Numbered from the stretch's first letter, positions 1 to 13,800 are shown. The stretch is 64,000 bases of DNA from Blastocystis sp. Blastoise (GCA_039096225.1 JBBPEB010000005.1:248001-312000), one strand, 5' to 3'. Notes: generated by a model from the sequence alone, not told the origin. Numbers and translations are program-made.

Positions 1-940
1 TTACTTTATTTCTGAATTATTTTTTTTCTATGATCATCATTTTCTGTATAACTTATACATTTAGCCAATACATTATATAGAAGTTACAATTTATAAAAAT
101 ATAGATTTCTTAAATTTGTTTTTGTTCTTATTTCTAAAAATGTATTATTTATAGCTTTTTTTAAATTAGTAATTCCACTGTTGGCACACTCTTTCAGATG
201 ATTCATCAATCCAACAAATATTCACATAAGATAATTTAGTGTTACTAAAAGTGGTTAATAAATGGTTTCTAAAATTATTATGGATACGTGCATGTTCTTA
301 AATGATAGGACTGCCATTAAACCAATACATTCACCATAAGTTTCGGTTTTAAATTTTCAAAATCATTTATTTTAATTTTAATACTACTTTCCTATTAAAT
401 CGATATGATTTCATTTATGTGAACATAGGAGTGAACAGTATTCTGCAAAAAAAAAAAATTCAAATGTATAACACGTAAAAACCATATAATTTTTTCGTTT
501 TCGATCATAGTAGCTCTGAGTACATGGTACTAGCAGCTATTCACTCATCTATAAAGAATGTCAAGTCACAACATATACCATCTTTGTCTTTCTTTCATTG
601 ATGGAATTGTATATATATGAATAGCCAATCATTTAAACATAGTTCCATTCAGTAGTTATTTATTTTGAGTTAAGTATTTAGCAACCACTCAAATAAAATC
701 CATAATAACCATACATTGTGTTTTCTTTTAATAATTGAATAGAGTATTTTGATTGACAAATGTTTTGTGTTTTGCATAGAAAGAACCACTGAAATGTATG
801 AATATCCGAAAACCCTGAAAAAGTCAGATTAGAAATGGGTGGTGGTGGTTTGAATCCTTAATTGTTTGCTTTTTTTTATGGTTTTTAGATAGGAAATGAA
901 TGGCCATCGCGTGTTTTCCCATTGAGTAGGGAAAATTTAA

Positions 941-1094
941 TTGATTGGGTGATTGGGAATGACACCCTTATGGGTGATGACACATAGATGCATCATTCAT
1001 ATTTCAGTTCTGAATGGTTGAAGTTTCTCTTCTTTACCTTAAGCCCTTAAAATCTATACAGACACAAACAACACTCCTTTCGTAAATTGATTGG
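941..1094 (+). promoter_or_regulatory. Cluster of three inverted CCAAT boxes (GATTGG) upstream of the surface-protein gene
   Basis: TTGATTGG at 941-948, GATTGG at 951-956 and TTGATTGG at 1087-1094, lying 140-290 nt upstream of the ATG at 1235. Function is not demonstrated. Confidence 0.25.
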
Positions 1095-1234
1095 ATAATA
1101 TTCGGCTTGATGACGATAGATTGATGTAAAATACCGAGGTTCATCGATGTTTTTCTCTACCATTCTATCTTTTCTCTACATTTCGATCAATTTACATTTA
1201 ATATTTATTTTAACTTCTTATTTGATATATCAAA

Positions 1235-1731
1235 ATGAAGTCAATTTATCTTTTCTTTGCTCTTGCTTTTATTGCATCAGGTATGTACTATATATAGTAG
1301 AAAGTCTAATAGATCAATTATAGTCAATGCTGTATGTACTGCTCCTTCTGTCGCAGTAACTGTTACTCATTATTGTACTACATATGGCTATGAAGAATTA
1401 TGGAATATTTACACTGGTGCTGTTGTTGATATTAACCAAAAGGTTGCTAATGGTCAAGGTGCCAATTATGTGACTACTGTCACTGAAGTTTGCTTATTAT
1501 TAAATACTGTCTATACTCTTGGTATCTCTGATTCGTATGTAAATTATTTCTTTGAATACTATCTTTATTTTACATATTTTAAATTTAATTTAATTTTTTT
1601 TATAGCTATGGAGATGGTTGGTCTTACTATTCTACTATCGCTGTTACTTATGATGGCTTCGATTATGTTTCTGGCATGGGACTAGCTAATGGCGAAGCTT
1701 CACCTAAGACAGTTCAATTTACTCGTATATA

Positions 1732-1816
<85 letters not shown>

Positions 1817-4800
1817 TTTAAATTTAAATCATAATATATGTTTTTATTTTTCTAGTTACTTCTATCCTTTCTTATGGATCTACTTGGAAGTATTCTACTG
1901 CTGCTCAAGTTGGTAATTCTTGGGCTGCTCCTAGTTTTGCTGATGCTACTTGGTCATCTGCTGCTACTGGTGCCTTCCCTACTATTGCTACCACTACTCG
2001 TTATTTCAGATTCTCTGGAGTATTAGCTACAGCTGCTGTTGCTTTCAATATGGAAATTCTTTCTAATTCTGGTTATATTGTTTATATTAATGGACAAGAA
2101 GTTTCCCGTGTTGGTTTACCTGCTGTTTCTGATGCTAATACTGCTAGTACTTTAGTTGAAGAAACTGCTACTTATAAAACATTAGCATTCCCTCTTTCTC
2201 TTTATTCTGTTACTACTTCTTTTACTGTTGCTATTGAAGTTCATGCTGCTGCTACTCAAATTGGTTCTCCTGAAGTCTTTGATGCTAAAGCATCTGATGT
2301 TAAGGGAACTGAAAGTATTTATATTTTTATTATTTATTATAATTTTTATTATTTATTTATATTTCATTTAATAACTTTATACATAATATTATTTTTTTTA
2401 GAACCTATTTATTATGGTTATGGTGGTACTGGTGTATGTGTACCTGAAAATACTGGTACTACTGGAACTGAAAAATGCGAAAAATTATTTGATGGTACTG
2501 TTAGTACTAAATACTTATCTTCTGGTTCTCAAAGTTGTGTAATTACTTATACCTTACCTGCTAACTCTAACATTTGGATTAATACTTATGCTATTGGTTC
2601 TGGTAATGATATGCAAGGAAGAGATCCTAGAGAATGGAAACTTTATGGTTCTCAAGATTCTGGTGTTACTTGGAAATTCTTAGATTATAGAAATGAAAAT
2701 ATGTTTGCCTCTAGAAGTACTATGTATCCTTTTGAAATTCTTTCTAATAGACTTATGTTCAACGCTTTTAAGTTAGAAGTTTGTATGCTTTTTTTTCATT
2801 AATATATATATATATACTATAAATTTTTATATATTACTACGTGATTCGTTTATTTACATACATATTTTATAGTGAATAATAATGGTGAAGGTGCTGCTCA
2901 AATGTCTGAAGTTAGTTTTGGTGCTATTAATAAGGCTATCCCTGCTGCTGGTATCCAATATGATTCTGCTACTGTTACTGTTTTAGCCTTTGTTGCAGTT
3001 AATCTTAAGGTTACTAGTACTGGTTATTATGATTTTGCTATTACTCCTACTCTTCCTGCTGGTCTTTTCTTCAACAGTGCTAATGGTAATATTTATGGTA
3101 CTCCTACTACTGGTTCTAGTATGACTGTTTATACTATTTCTGCTAAGGATGGTGCTACTGATCAGACTGTTACTACATCCGTTACTATTACTATTAATGG
3201 TTGTCAACAACCTGCTATGTCTCTTGTTACTATTACTAAGGCTAATGGTGGTTCTGTAAATTTTGCTGAAGAACGTTTCACTGCTTATTCTGAAGCTGGT
3301 GTTTCTGTATTTAGTGGTGTTGGTAATGGTGGTACCCAAACTTATTCTGATTGTGTTGTTGCTGGTAGAATGAGATTTGTTTTAAATGATGATGGTAATA
3401 ATGGTTGGGATCAAGGTTCTAGTCTTAAAGTTACTGTTCAATATGGTGTTAATCAATATTTCACTGTTGGTCGTCTTTATTTACAAACTGGTACTACTGC
3501 TACTTATTATGTAAATACTCGTCTTGATCTTGCTCCTATGTCTGGTTGGAAATATTTCCCTGCTACTGTTATTGATCCTAATTGGTATTCTATGACTTTC
3601 TCTGATGCTGCTTGGAGTTCTATTACTGCTCTTCCTGTTGCTAGTGTTGCTACTCCTATTGTTCTTCTTAGAAAATCTTTCACTGTCACTTCTAAGACTA
3701 ATATGAAAGGTTGGGAATTTATGTTTATGTCTAGAGCTGGTGTTGTTGTTTATGTAAATGGTAATGAAGTCTATAGATATAACTTAGCTGATGGTCCTAT
3801 TACTACTGCTACTACTCCTACTGGTGGTGATAGCTCTTTCTCTTGGAAGGGTGTTTCTGGTAAACTCTCTACTCTTTCTAATGGTAATTCTGTTACTATT
3901 GCTGTTGCTCTTGTTAATATTGGTACTGAAGCTTATGATCTAACTTTCGATGGTGTTTTCCATTTAACTGCTGATTCTACTGTTCAACAAGATATTGAAG
4001 GTACTTATTATACTACTAGTAATGACCTTGGTGGTTTTGCTGGTGGTCTTTTTGATGGTAGTTTTGGTTCTAGATGGATTACTGGTTTACATGATTCTGT
4101 TACTCCTCATTATGCTACTATTACTTTTAAAAATAACAGAGCCGAACTTATTAATAAGTATTGTGTTGTTTCCAATTGGGATGCTCCAGGTTATGATCCT
4201 GTTGATTGGGTTGTTGCTGGTTCTATGGATGGTACTACGTTTACTGATTTAAGTACTATGTCTAATGTTTCTTGGGAAGAAAGACAACAAAGACAATGTT
4301 TCTATATGCCTACTAATAATAAAGCTTATATTACTTATAGATGGACTGTATCTAAGGCTGCTGAAGTAGTAGCTAGTAACAGATATGCTGCTTGTGAATT
4401 TGAATTATATATTGAAGATATTGAATCTCTTGTTATTCCTGCTTTTAGTTTTACTCCTTCTACTATTGTTGCTTATAAGGATGTTACTGTTCCTGCTCTT
4501 TTAGTTTCTTCTGAATATTATTATGATTTCACTATTTCTCCTGCTCTTCCTACTGGTCTTACTATGGATACTTCTAATGGTTACTTGAATGGTATTGCTA
4601 CTCAACTTCAATCTCCTACTACTTATACTATTAGTGCTAAGAATATTATGGGCGTTGCTGCTGCTACTACTATTACTTTATCTGTTACTACTTGTTCTGA
4701 TCCTAATACCGCTTTTGTTCTTAAATTCTATTTTGAAGGTGGTGCTGGTGAAGCTTCTTGGACTCTTAAGGATGCTGCTGGTACTGTTATTGATACTAAG

Positions 4801-7497
4801 ACTACTGCTGTTAATTGGGCTACTCAATATTTCTCTTATTGTAAACCTAAGGGTACTTATTCTCTTGTTTTATCTGATAGTATGAATGATGGTTGGGGTG
4901 CTGGTACTTATACTATCTTAGATATTGATAATAATGTTTATGTTACTGGTACTGTTGCTTCTCAAGAATCTCCTAAGACTGTTAGTGTATATATTGGTCA
5001 AGTTATTGGTTCTTCTACTTCTTGGAAATACTTAAATGATGGTTCTGCTGCTCCTTCTGGTTGGAATACTGCTTCTTTCTCTGATGCTGCTTGGTCTACT
5101 GGTATTTCTGGTTCTTTACCTACTCCTACTGGTACTACTCAATATTATAGAACTACTTTCAGTGTTGCTGCTATTGATGCTACTTCTGCTGGTTATGAAA
5201 TTAGTATTAAGGGTTATGCTGGTATTGCTGCTTATCTTAATGGCCAAGAAATCATGAGAGCTAATCTTCCTACTGGTACTCTTTCTTCTTCTACTTTAGC
5301 TACTTCTGAACTTGCTAATTGGTCTTTCTTCAAGGCTTCTCTTAGTTTAATTATTAATCCTATTCTTACTGTTGGTACTAATGTTCTTGCTATTGAACTT
5401 CATAAGAAAGAAACTCTTCCTACTACTAATGAATTTACTGGATCTTTTGCTTTTATTGCTTCTGGTGAATACAGAGTATCTGATGGTGTTGCTTGGTCTG
5501 ATATTGAAAAGACTGATTCTGAAGGTACTGATAAGCTATTTGATAATAGTATTTATACTAAGGTTCTTAGTGGTCCTAGATGTGTTGGTGCTATCTATAG
5601 ATATACTTTCAATAATGGTCGTAAAGAATTTATTAATCATTATAAGATTACTAGTGGTAATGATTGTAATACTAGACATCCTTCTGGTTGGAGAATCGAA
5701 GGTTCTAATGATAATGGTGTTACTTGGACTTTATTAGATTTTGAACGTCAACAATTATTTACTAGTTACAGACAAACATTCTCCTATGATTTCTATGCTG
5801 CTCAAGCTTATAACTCTTATAGATTTGTTGCTACTGAATGTGCTAATCCTGCTATTGATAGTCAAAACTGTGGTGATGGTAATCTTCAATTATCTGAATT
5901 TGGTTTATATATGAATAATAAGGCTGCTGCTTGTGCTGCTTCTGGTACTTGGGGACCTGCTGTTGAAGGTGGTTATTCCTTCCAAGAATGTCCTACTGGT
6001 TATCTTGGTGCTAAGAGAAGATTATGTACTGCTGGTGTTTTTGGTGATGAACAAGATTTATGTTATCTTACTGCTCCTACTGATCTTTCTTATACTGGTT
6101 CTCCTTTTACTTTACATAAGAATGTTTATTCTTCTATTCCTGCTACTGTTACTGGTGCTGCTTTAACTTTCACTACTGATCCTGCTCTTCCTTCTGGTAT
6201 TACTATTAGTTCTACTGGTACTATTTCTGGTACTCCTCTTACTAATTCTGCTGTTACTACTTATACTATTACTGCTACTAATACTGCTGGTTCTGTTACT
6301 GCTACTGTTATGATTCAAGTTGATACTGCTTCTTGTGCTTCTGATGGTACTTGGCCTATGACTGAAGCTGGTCAACAAGCTACTTTAGCTTGTTTAGATA
6401 CTATTAATTATGAAGGTTCTAGAACTAGATTATGTCAACTTGGTTATCCTGCTGTTTGGGGTGCTGCTGTTGATGGTTGTCAATTAAAGATGCCTACTAT
6501 TACTTATACTTCTACTACTATTACTGGTTATAAGAATGATGCTATTAGTCCTATTACTGCTACTGTCTCTGGTGGTAGCCTTAATCCTCTTACTATTGCT
6601 CCTACTCTTCCTACTGGTTTAACTTTTACTGCTCAAAATGGTCAAATCTCTGGTACTCCTGTTGCTGCTTCTTCTGGTACTTATACTGTAACTGCTTCTA
6701 ATGCTAGAGGTCAAGCTACTGCTACCATCACTATTACTATTAGTGTTGTTAACTGTCCTCTTGATGGTATTTGGCCTGCTACTGAAAGAGCTACTACTGC
6801 TTATGTTGCTTGTCCTACTGGTCAATCTGGTGTTCAAAGCCGTGTTTGTCAAAATACTGGTTTAGGTGCTGCTACTTGGCAAGTTGCTGATTCTTCTAAT
6901 TGTTTCACTTATGATGCTAAAGAAAATCCTGGTGATAATAAGATCTTTATTAATGTTCCTATTAAACTTGAAGGACTTACTGAAGCTACTTTCAATACTC
7001 CTTCTACTACTGAAGTCTTCAGAACTATTATTGTTCAAGCTCTTACTGCTTATTCTATTCCTTCTTCTGGTGTAAAGGTTATTAGTGTTTCTGGTGTATC
7101 TACTTATGCTGCTGGTGTTGTTGCTAATGTCAGAATTACTGCTAATGATGCTGATAAGGATAAGGTTAAGAGTGATATGAGTGCTTATTGTAGTGGTACT
7201 AATTCTGCTCTTCTTAATGCTTGTAGATCTAGTTCTGATGCTAATCTTAAGACTGTTACTGGTACTACTGTTAATGGTGAAATTACAACTAAGGGTAATT
7301 CTCTTTCTACTGGTATTATTATCCTTATTGTTGTTTTAGTCATTCTTGTTGTTGCTATTATTGCTGTTATTACCTTCTGTGTTATTATTCGTACTAAGGG
7401 TAAGAAGAATGGTAAGAATGGTAAGAAATTAGGTGCTGCTAAGAAGACTGAAAAAGCTAAGACTCCTGTTACTGCTTCTAAAGCTGTTAAGGTTTAA
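1235..7497 (+). CDS. Large type I membrane surface protein (1946 aa): signal peptide, repeated carbohydrate-binding-like/F5-8-like/putative-Ig (He_PIG-like) modules, Cys-rich repeats, TM helix, basic tail
   Basis: Exons 1235-1280, 1324-1534, 1606-1724, 1856-2314, 2402-2782 and 2873-7497, all GT-AG, total 5841 nt, in frame. N-terminus MKSIYLFFALAFIASVNA. Repeated motifs DS.GDGW, WKY..W...F.DA.W, LFD/DP..W...GS.DG and P.LP.GL....G.I.GTP. TM segment GIIILIVVLVILVVAIIAVITFCVII at ~7312-7389. Confidence 0.9.
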
Positions 7498-7775
7498 ATA
7501 GTATTATAATATTAAAGTTTTATTTTGTTAATAAATAATAGATTTGTTTTTTTTTCTACATCATTGATGTATTTATTTGAAATTTGTATATCTCTTTTTT
7601 TTTTATATATTAAATTGATTTTGTTTATGTACAAGATATTGATTGTTTATTAATATTTTTCTTGTACATATACTTAAGTTGTATTAATACATTTAAATAA
7701 TTATTGTTTTGTTATTAGTTTGTAAAAATATATAAAAAACAAAGGTTTGTTTAAAACAGATATATATATATATTA

Positions 7776-8864
7776 TTATAAATCATATCCAAGACCTTTA
7801 TGTAAATTACTTGAAAGAGGAGAAGGATATTCTAATAAAGTATTTGGATTCACTTGGTTGATTAATCCTCTAGCAAGATGTTTCATAGGATCAATTATAG
7901 GAATATTTCGTATAACATCTAAAGGTAATGCAAGAGGTAATTCAGTACAACCTAATATAATACACTCTGCACCTTTTTCTATTAATTGTAATACTAATGT
8001 ATGTAATGATTGTTGTGCTCTTGGAGATACAGGACTCTGAGATTTAATACCCCTATATATATTATTATTATAATGATTATGATTATGATTATGATTATGA
8101 TTATGATTATTATTATTATTATATTTATGTTATTATTATATATTTTATTATATTTATATTATAATAAATAAAAATAATAAGTATATGCTTATAATAATTT
8201 CAATTATATATATATATAAAATAAAATAATTTAATAATATAATAAAATAAATATCCCAAATAGGATTATAAATAACATCATGAACAGTACTTTGTTGATT
8301 TTCATCGACATATAATAAATTAAGATTATATTTTTGTAGCCAATATCCATATACATTGGATGCTCTTGAACCTGAAGTACAGAGAACACCCACACGATGA
8401 ATAAAAGGATATGTGTTTGATATATATTGTGCTGTTAGTTGAATCATATTCAATACATGTATACTTGGATAAGTATGACTACACATACTCATGAATGGAT
8501 CAAAAATAATTGGTGAATGAAAAGTAGCACAAGGAATACCCACAAATAACTCATTATCTGGATAATCAGAAGCGTGAGCTAATACTTTCATTATATTAAA
8601 TGCTTCGTATGCAGGATTTATATTAGATTTTCCTAATATATATGCAGAACGATCTGAAATTTCATTAGAAAACGAACAATGTATTACAGGAAGGTGTTCT
8701 TGATCTTTATGAGCTTTTGTATTCGCTATAATACGTTGATGAAGTGCAATACCAGCAGCAGGACCTAAACCACCTAATATTCCAATAAGCTTATTTGGCA
8801 GATCAGTCATTCTTGAACCGATACTTTCCGAATAACATTTATTTAATGATCTTGATAGATTCAT
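7776..8864 (-). CDS. Aspartate/glutamate racemase family protein (bacterial-type)
   Basis: IGILGGLGP, DQEHLPVI, DRSAY, IPCATFH and, in exon 2 (8052-7776), GAECIILGCTELPL and IIDP: the two-cysteine racemase motifs. One intron at 8256-8053. Alternative start at 8810. Confidence 0.88.
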
Positions 8865-9034
8865 TCAACCAAAAATAAAATAAACACAAATGAAGTGTTG
8901 GTTTTATTGTATAAAAAACAAAAAGACGACATCAACATCATAATCGTGTTTATTTGTTATCGTCTTTTTTTAATTTTTTTTTATTTAAATAAAATAATCC
9001 TTTTCTTCCACTATTTTTTTTGATATTTATATAA

Positions 9035-9288
9035 ATGAGTGTCACTGGTCGTAGAATTGTCGGTATACCTACACTCATACTTTTTGAAGCTGAAGGACAT
9101 AATGTTGTCGTTGAAACAAATGATGGGTGCTATGTTAGAGGAATATTAGAAGAAGTAGAAGATAATTGGAATATGTTCCTTTTAAAAGTCATATATGTCA
9201 AAGGAAAGAACCAACAATTTGAACTCCCATCCATGTATATCCGAGGTTCTCAAATCTGTGGTGTTATCTTACCTAGAATATATCCCAT

Positions 9289-9350
<62 letters not shown>

Positions 9351-9604
9351 AATATATTAATATATATATATATATTTTTTTAATTCATTTTTATATAAAT
9401 TAGTTTTCATTAATTCTATACGTTATCAAAATCTCCTATGTTTGAACGTGTCATTCGGTTTAGAAAAGGTGAATATACTCCTGTAGATACAACAAAAGGA
9501 AAAACAAATGCTTTCCGTACAAGAAGTATGTTGTCTTCATTATAATATATTTATTTTATATATATATAGCTGGTAATATCAATAACCAAGTTCAAAGAGA
9601 TTAA
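9035..9604 (+). CDS. SNRPD3: Small nuclear ribonucleoprotein Sm D3-like
   Basis: GIPTLILFEAEGHNVVVET...RG.LEEVEDNWN...YIRGSQI...ILPRMLSKSPMF. Exons 9035-9279, 9422-9526 and 9570-9604. No RG-rich tail. Confidence 0.85.
9280..9421 (+). other. U12-type (minor spliceosome) AT-AC intron in SmD3
   Basis: 5' ATATCCCAT, branch-like TTCATTAAT ~8 nt before terminal AC. Splicing rebuilds ATG and the conserved ILP-x-ML-x-x-x-PMF. Confidence 0.8.
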
Positions 9605-9858
9605 CTTTTATATATTTTGTAAAAACAAAAACAAATTAATTTTAAAAAAATGTTGTGATTGAATATTTTATGTAATTCTTATAATGGATTTGTTTTAATA
9701 TATTATATATAAAATAATATTAATATAATTAAAGAAGATGGTGAATAGATATTTTTACTATATTTGTTAAAAGTGATAAAGGAATAAACTAACAAAAAAA
9801 AATGTGATAATCATTCACGCTTTTAATATTCCATTGATTTAGATTTTAAAAACTCTAT

Positions 9859-10408
9859 TTAGAATTTCTTAACTAATTCATTAATGGCCATATCAGATTC
9901 ACCCTATAAATATTTATATAAATGAAATAATATAAATATATAATAAAAATAAAATGACTTTTTAAAAATGTGAAATATACATAAAATAAGAGTAAAATAT
10001 ATATAATGTAATGAAATGAAGAAGAAATAATATGATAAAAAAGAATATGAAAAAGAATAATAAGGAATAAGAAAAATACCTTAACACGGACATATCCGGC
10101 AAGAGCAATGGTGTTGTACTTACCAGTGTAAACACCGTTTTCATCAAGGCAACCGACAGAGATCTGTAAAAATATAAAATATAATAATTATTCATAAAAT
10201 TAATTTGTTTTGTTTATGAAATTGAAAAAAATTGTACTTGGACGGAAGCATGATCCTTAGCGGCAATGATTTGGTTGGTCCAGTTACAATTAATATTAAA
10301 AATAAATAATATGATTGAAAAAAACAATTGATTTTCATATAATAAATAATCTATTTACCATTTTCTGGGAATGTATAAATCAACAATACGTCCTTGTTCG
10401 TTTTGCAT
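9859..10408 (-). CDS. RPS21: 40S ribosomal protein S21 (eS21)
   Basis: Spliced product [47 protein letters not shown]...GYVRVKGESDMAINELVKKF; four exons. Confidence 0.95.
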
Positions 10409-10886
10409 TGTAAAAACTACTTGAAAAGCGTGATGGAAAATATTAGAAAGAAAACCAAAGGATGGTTTTGGAAAATAAATGTCAACTTTTTCAATGGTTA
10501 AAATCACATCAGTCTGTTTTTGACATATAAAGAAATAGTCTCCTGTAGTTTTTATTTCTTACTTTTTTTTCTAGATTCTACCGTGAGTTTTATTTTTGAT
10601 TTATAAATTTCATTGTTCTCTTTTTTCTGCCTTCTTCTTCATAATCGTGAATATTTTTTATTTTTGAATTTGTTTTTCAATTTATTCATGTTACTCATTA
10701 ATACCATTTTAATTCTCATTTTTAAATTGTTTAGAATAGTATTCATAACACAAATATAGGTTATATTATGCATTAAACGATAATAACAAGTATACTAAAA
10801 AATAAAACAAAACAATTGAATTGAAAAAATGAACACTTAAACAATTTATAATAAACAATTTGTTGACATATTTATTATATTAAAAT

Positions 10887-13800
10887 TTAATGGAATGTAC
10901 CATTGAAAGCAACTTCTCTTTCATAATTCAGTTTCTTCTTATAAATACTCTTCTTTCCTATATAAAAAAAGGAGATAAATATATGTTTATATATATATAA
11001 TTAAAGGGATAATAGTTGATATCAGTATAATCTGATAAAATAGACAAATTATAATTGTAAAAATAAATACCTGGTAGTCTACCATGGAATATATAACTTT
11101 GTTGCTTATAAGCTTCTTTATTTGATAATAATCTTCCACTTGCATCACGATGTTCAATAATAAAACCATCTTGATTTTCACGTTCACGAACTTCTTCACG
11201 TTTTTGTTTTCCAAATACAAGTTCCTTTATAAATGAGAAATAATATATATATATATATATATATAAAATTATTAACTGTAAATAAAATAATCAATAAAAA
11301 ATGAATGATAAACATACTTTTTCTTCTGAACGACCTTGAGAATTTAATAATGCTAAAGTTGCCGCCAAACCTGAACGCGCCAAAGGTAATTCACGACCAT
11401 ATATAGATTCTTCTTCTTTTTTTATACGTTCTTCTTTTTCATTTTCATTTTCATTTTCATTTTCATTTTCATTTTCATCTATATCTATATCTATATTCTT
11501 GCCTTTTATAGTATTAATAGCTTTAGGTGACGTCATTGATTCTTCTTTTGATTTTTCTTCTTTCAATAACTTTTTCTTTTCTCGTTTTTTCTCTTCAGTT
11601 TCCATCTATATGTTATATTCATTATTATATAATATATATATATATAATCAATTCAGAAACAATAATAAATACTTATTATATATATATATACTTGAAGTGT
11701 TTTCGAGAATTCACTAAGCATAGAGAGGGTATTTTTATCTTTTGTAATTAATTCCTCTTCTTCTTTTCTTTTCTTTTCATCTTCTTCTCTTAATCTTGAT
11801 AAATTCTGTGCTATCTATATAATATATATAATATATATTTATATATATATTATGAAAAACATTATAAATAGTTTATAATAGTATTGCATCATAATCAAAT
11901 CAATATATATATATATAGCTTTCTAATTATAGTCATATAGAATAATAAATAATAAAAAAAAAATAAATCATATATATGTATATACTTCTTGTTCTGTAAG
12001 TAAACGCGGTTTCTTTTCATTTAAAACCAATTGGCGGGCTCTGTTAATAGAATCTTCTAAAGAATGATCTTCTTCTTCATCTATATCGATATCCTTCTAT
12101 ATATATATAGAGTAGTTTCGAAATAGTATTTGTATTATTCTTATTATGAATACTATATATATATATATACTTTTAGTTTCTGAATACGTTCTTCTTCTCT
12201 TTCCTTCGCCTTTATATACCCTTCTGTTCGTTTCTCTTGTTCTTTCTGTATACGAGTCTCCATATCTATATCTTTCGATCTCATCTCTCTATTCCCCTTA
12301 TCTTCTGATGTTTCCGTATGCTCAGGCAATACTTCAATCTCCTTCTCCTATTTATATATATATAGTATTCTTATTATTATATATATATAATATTCTTATT
12401 GTTAAATATATAATAAATAAAAACTATATATAATAAATAAAAACTATATAATAATAAATAAAACTATATATAATAAATAAAAACATATATAATAAATAAA
12501 AACTATGTATAATAATATACAGTCTTCATAATTCGTCTTCTTCTCTTCGTTCGCTTTTTAAATTTAGCCATTTCTTCTGTTGTATAATAATCACTAGCTA
12601 ATTTTCTTTCTGTAGCTCCATCGATTTCCATCTCTTCACTCTGTTCCTCATGGAGACGTTTCAAAGAAGATTCTTTCATCTTCTGAGCCGTTTCACTATC
12701 CACGTGACCATCACGTGTTAGTTTGAAACCCTTAGGACCTTTATCTTCATTATATTGAGAAAGTAATTTATCTTCCGATTGGTCCTCATTAAGTGCGTCA
12801 TCAATAGCATTATATACAGGTAACTTTGCTTTCTTGACCATTTCAATTCGTTTCTTAGTTTTTTCTTGTTCCTTCAATTCCTGATTCTCTAACACAACTT
12901 CATCTTCTTCCTTCAAATTACCATAATCATCTAATAAACTTGTATCCTATATATATAATAGTATAACATATTCATAATATATACTTGTAGATTGATAAAA
13001 TATAATATAATATAATATAATATAATATAATATAATATAATATAATATAATATAATATAATATAATATAATAGGATATAATAATAAAATAATATAATAGT
13101 ATATAATAGGATATAATAGTATATAATAGTATATAATAGTATATAATATATATAATAATAAAATAATATAATAGTATATAATAGGATATAATAGTATATA
13201 ATAGGATATACTTGTAGATTCAATATAATATCTCCTTCTCCTAATTCATCGACATCATGAGCCACACGAGCATTCTCTACATCAAACTATATATACATAT
13301 ATTAATAATAAACATTTATTAAACATAAACATTATAATAATAAACATAAACATGATAATAATAAACATTATAATAACATAAACATAATAATAATAAACAT
13401 AAACATAATAATAATAAACATAAACATAATAATAATAAACATGATAATAAACATAAACATAATATATAAACATAATATATAAACATAATATATAAACATA
13501 TTATATAAACATAAACCTACTTTAACTTCATCTTTCTTTTCTTCTTCTTCTTCTTCTTTTTGATTGGCTAATGCTTGCTGTTGAATTGAACGGCTTTTTT
13601 TAACCCATTCATTCACATTAAGAGTAGAATCTTCTTCAAATAATAAATCACCCAGAGATTTGGTTGGAATTTTCTCTTTTTCTTTTTCTTTCTTATCTTT
13701 TAATTTCATTAATCGAATTCTCATCTCTTCGTCCTTTCTTTGTTGTTCTAAATCCTCATGAATTACTTCCTGCTTTGGCTATAAACATTATTAATAATAT

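Noticed and set aside
2983-7075. Many Leu-rich plus-strand and Ser/Thr/Asn-rich minus-strand ORFs overlapping the surface-protein gene
   Set aside because: Shadow frames caused by extreme NNT codon bias in the real CDS; no independent domain signal.
7747-8040. 97-aa plus-strand ORF
   Set aside because: It is the antisense of racemase exon 2 (GCTEL motif on the minus strand).
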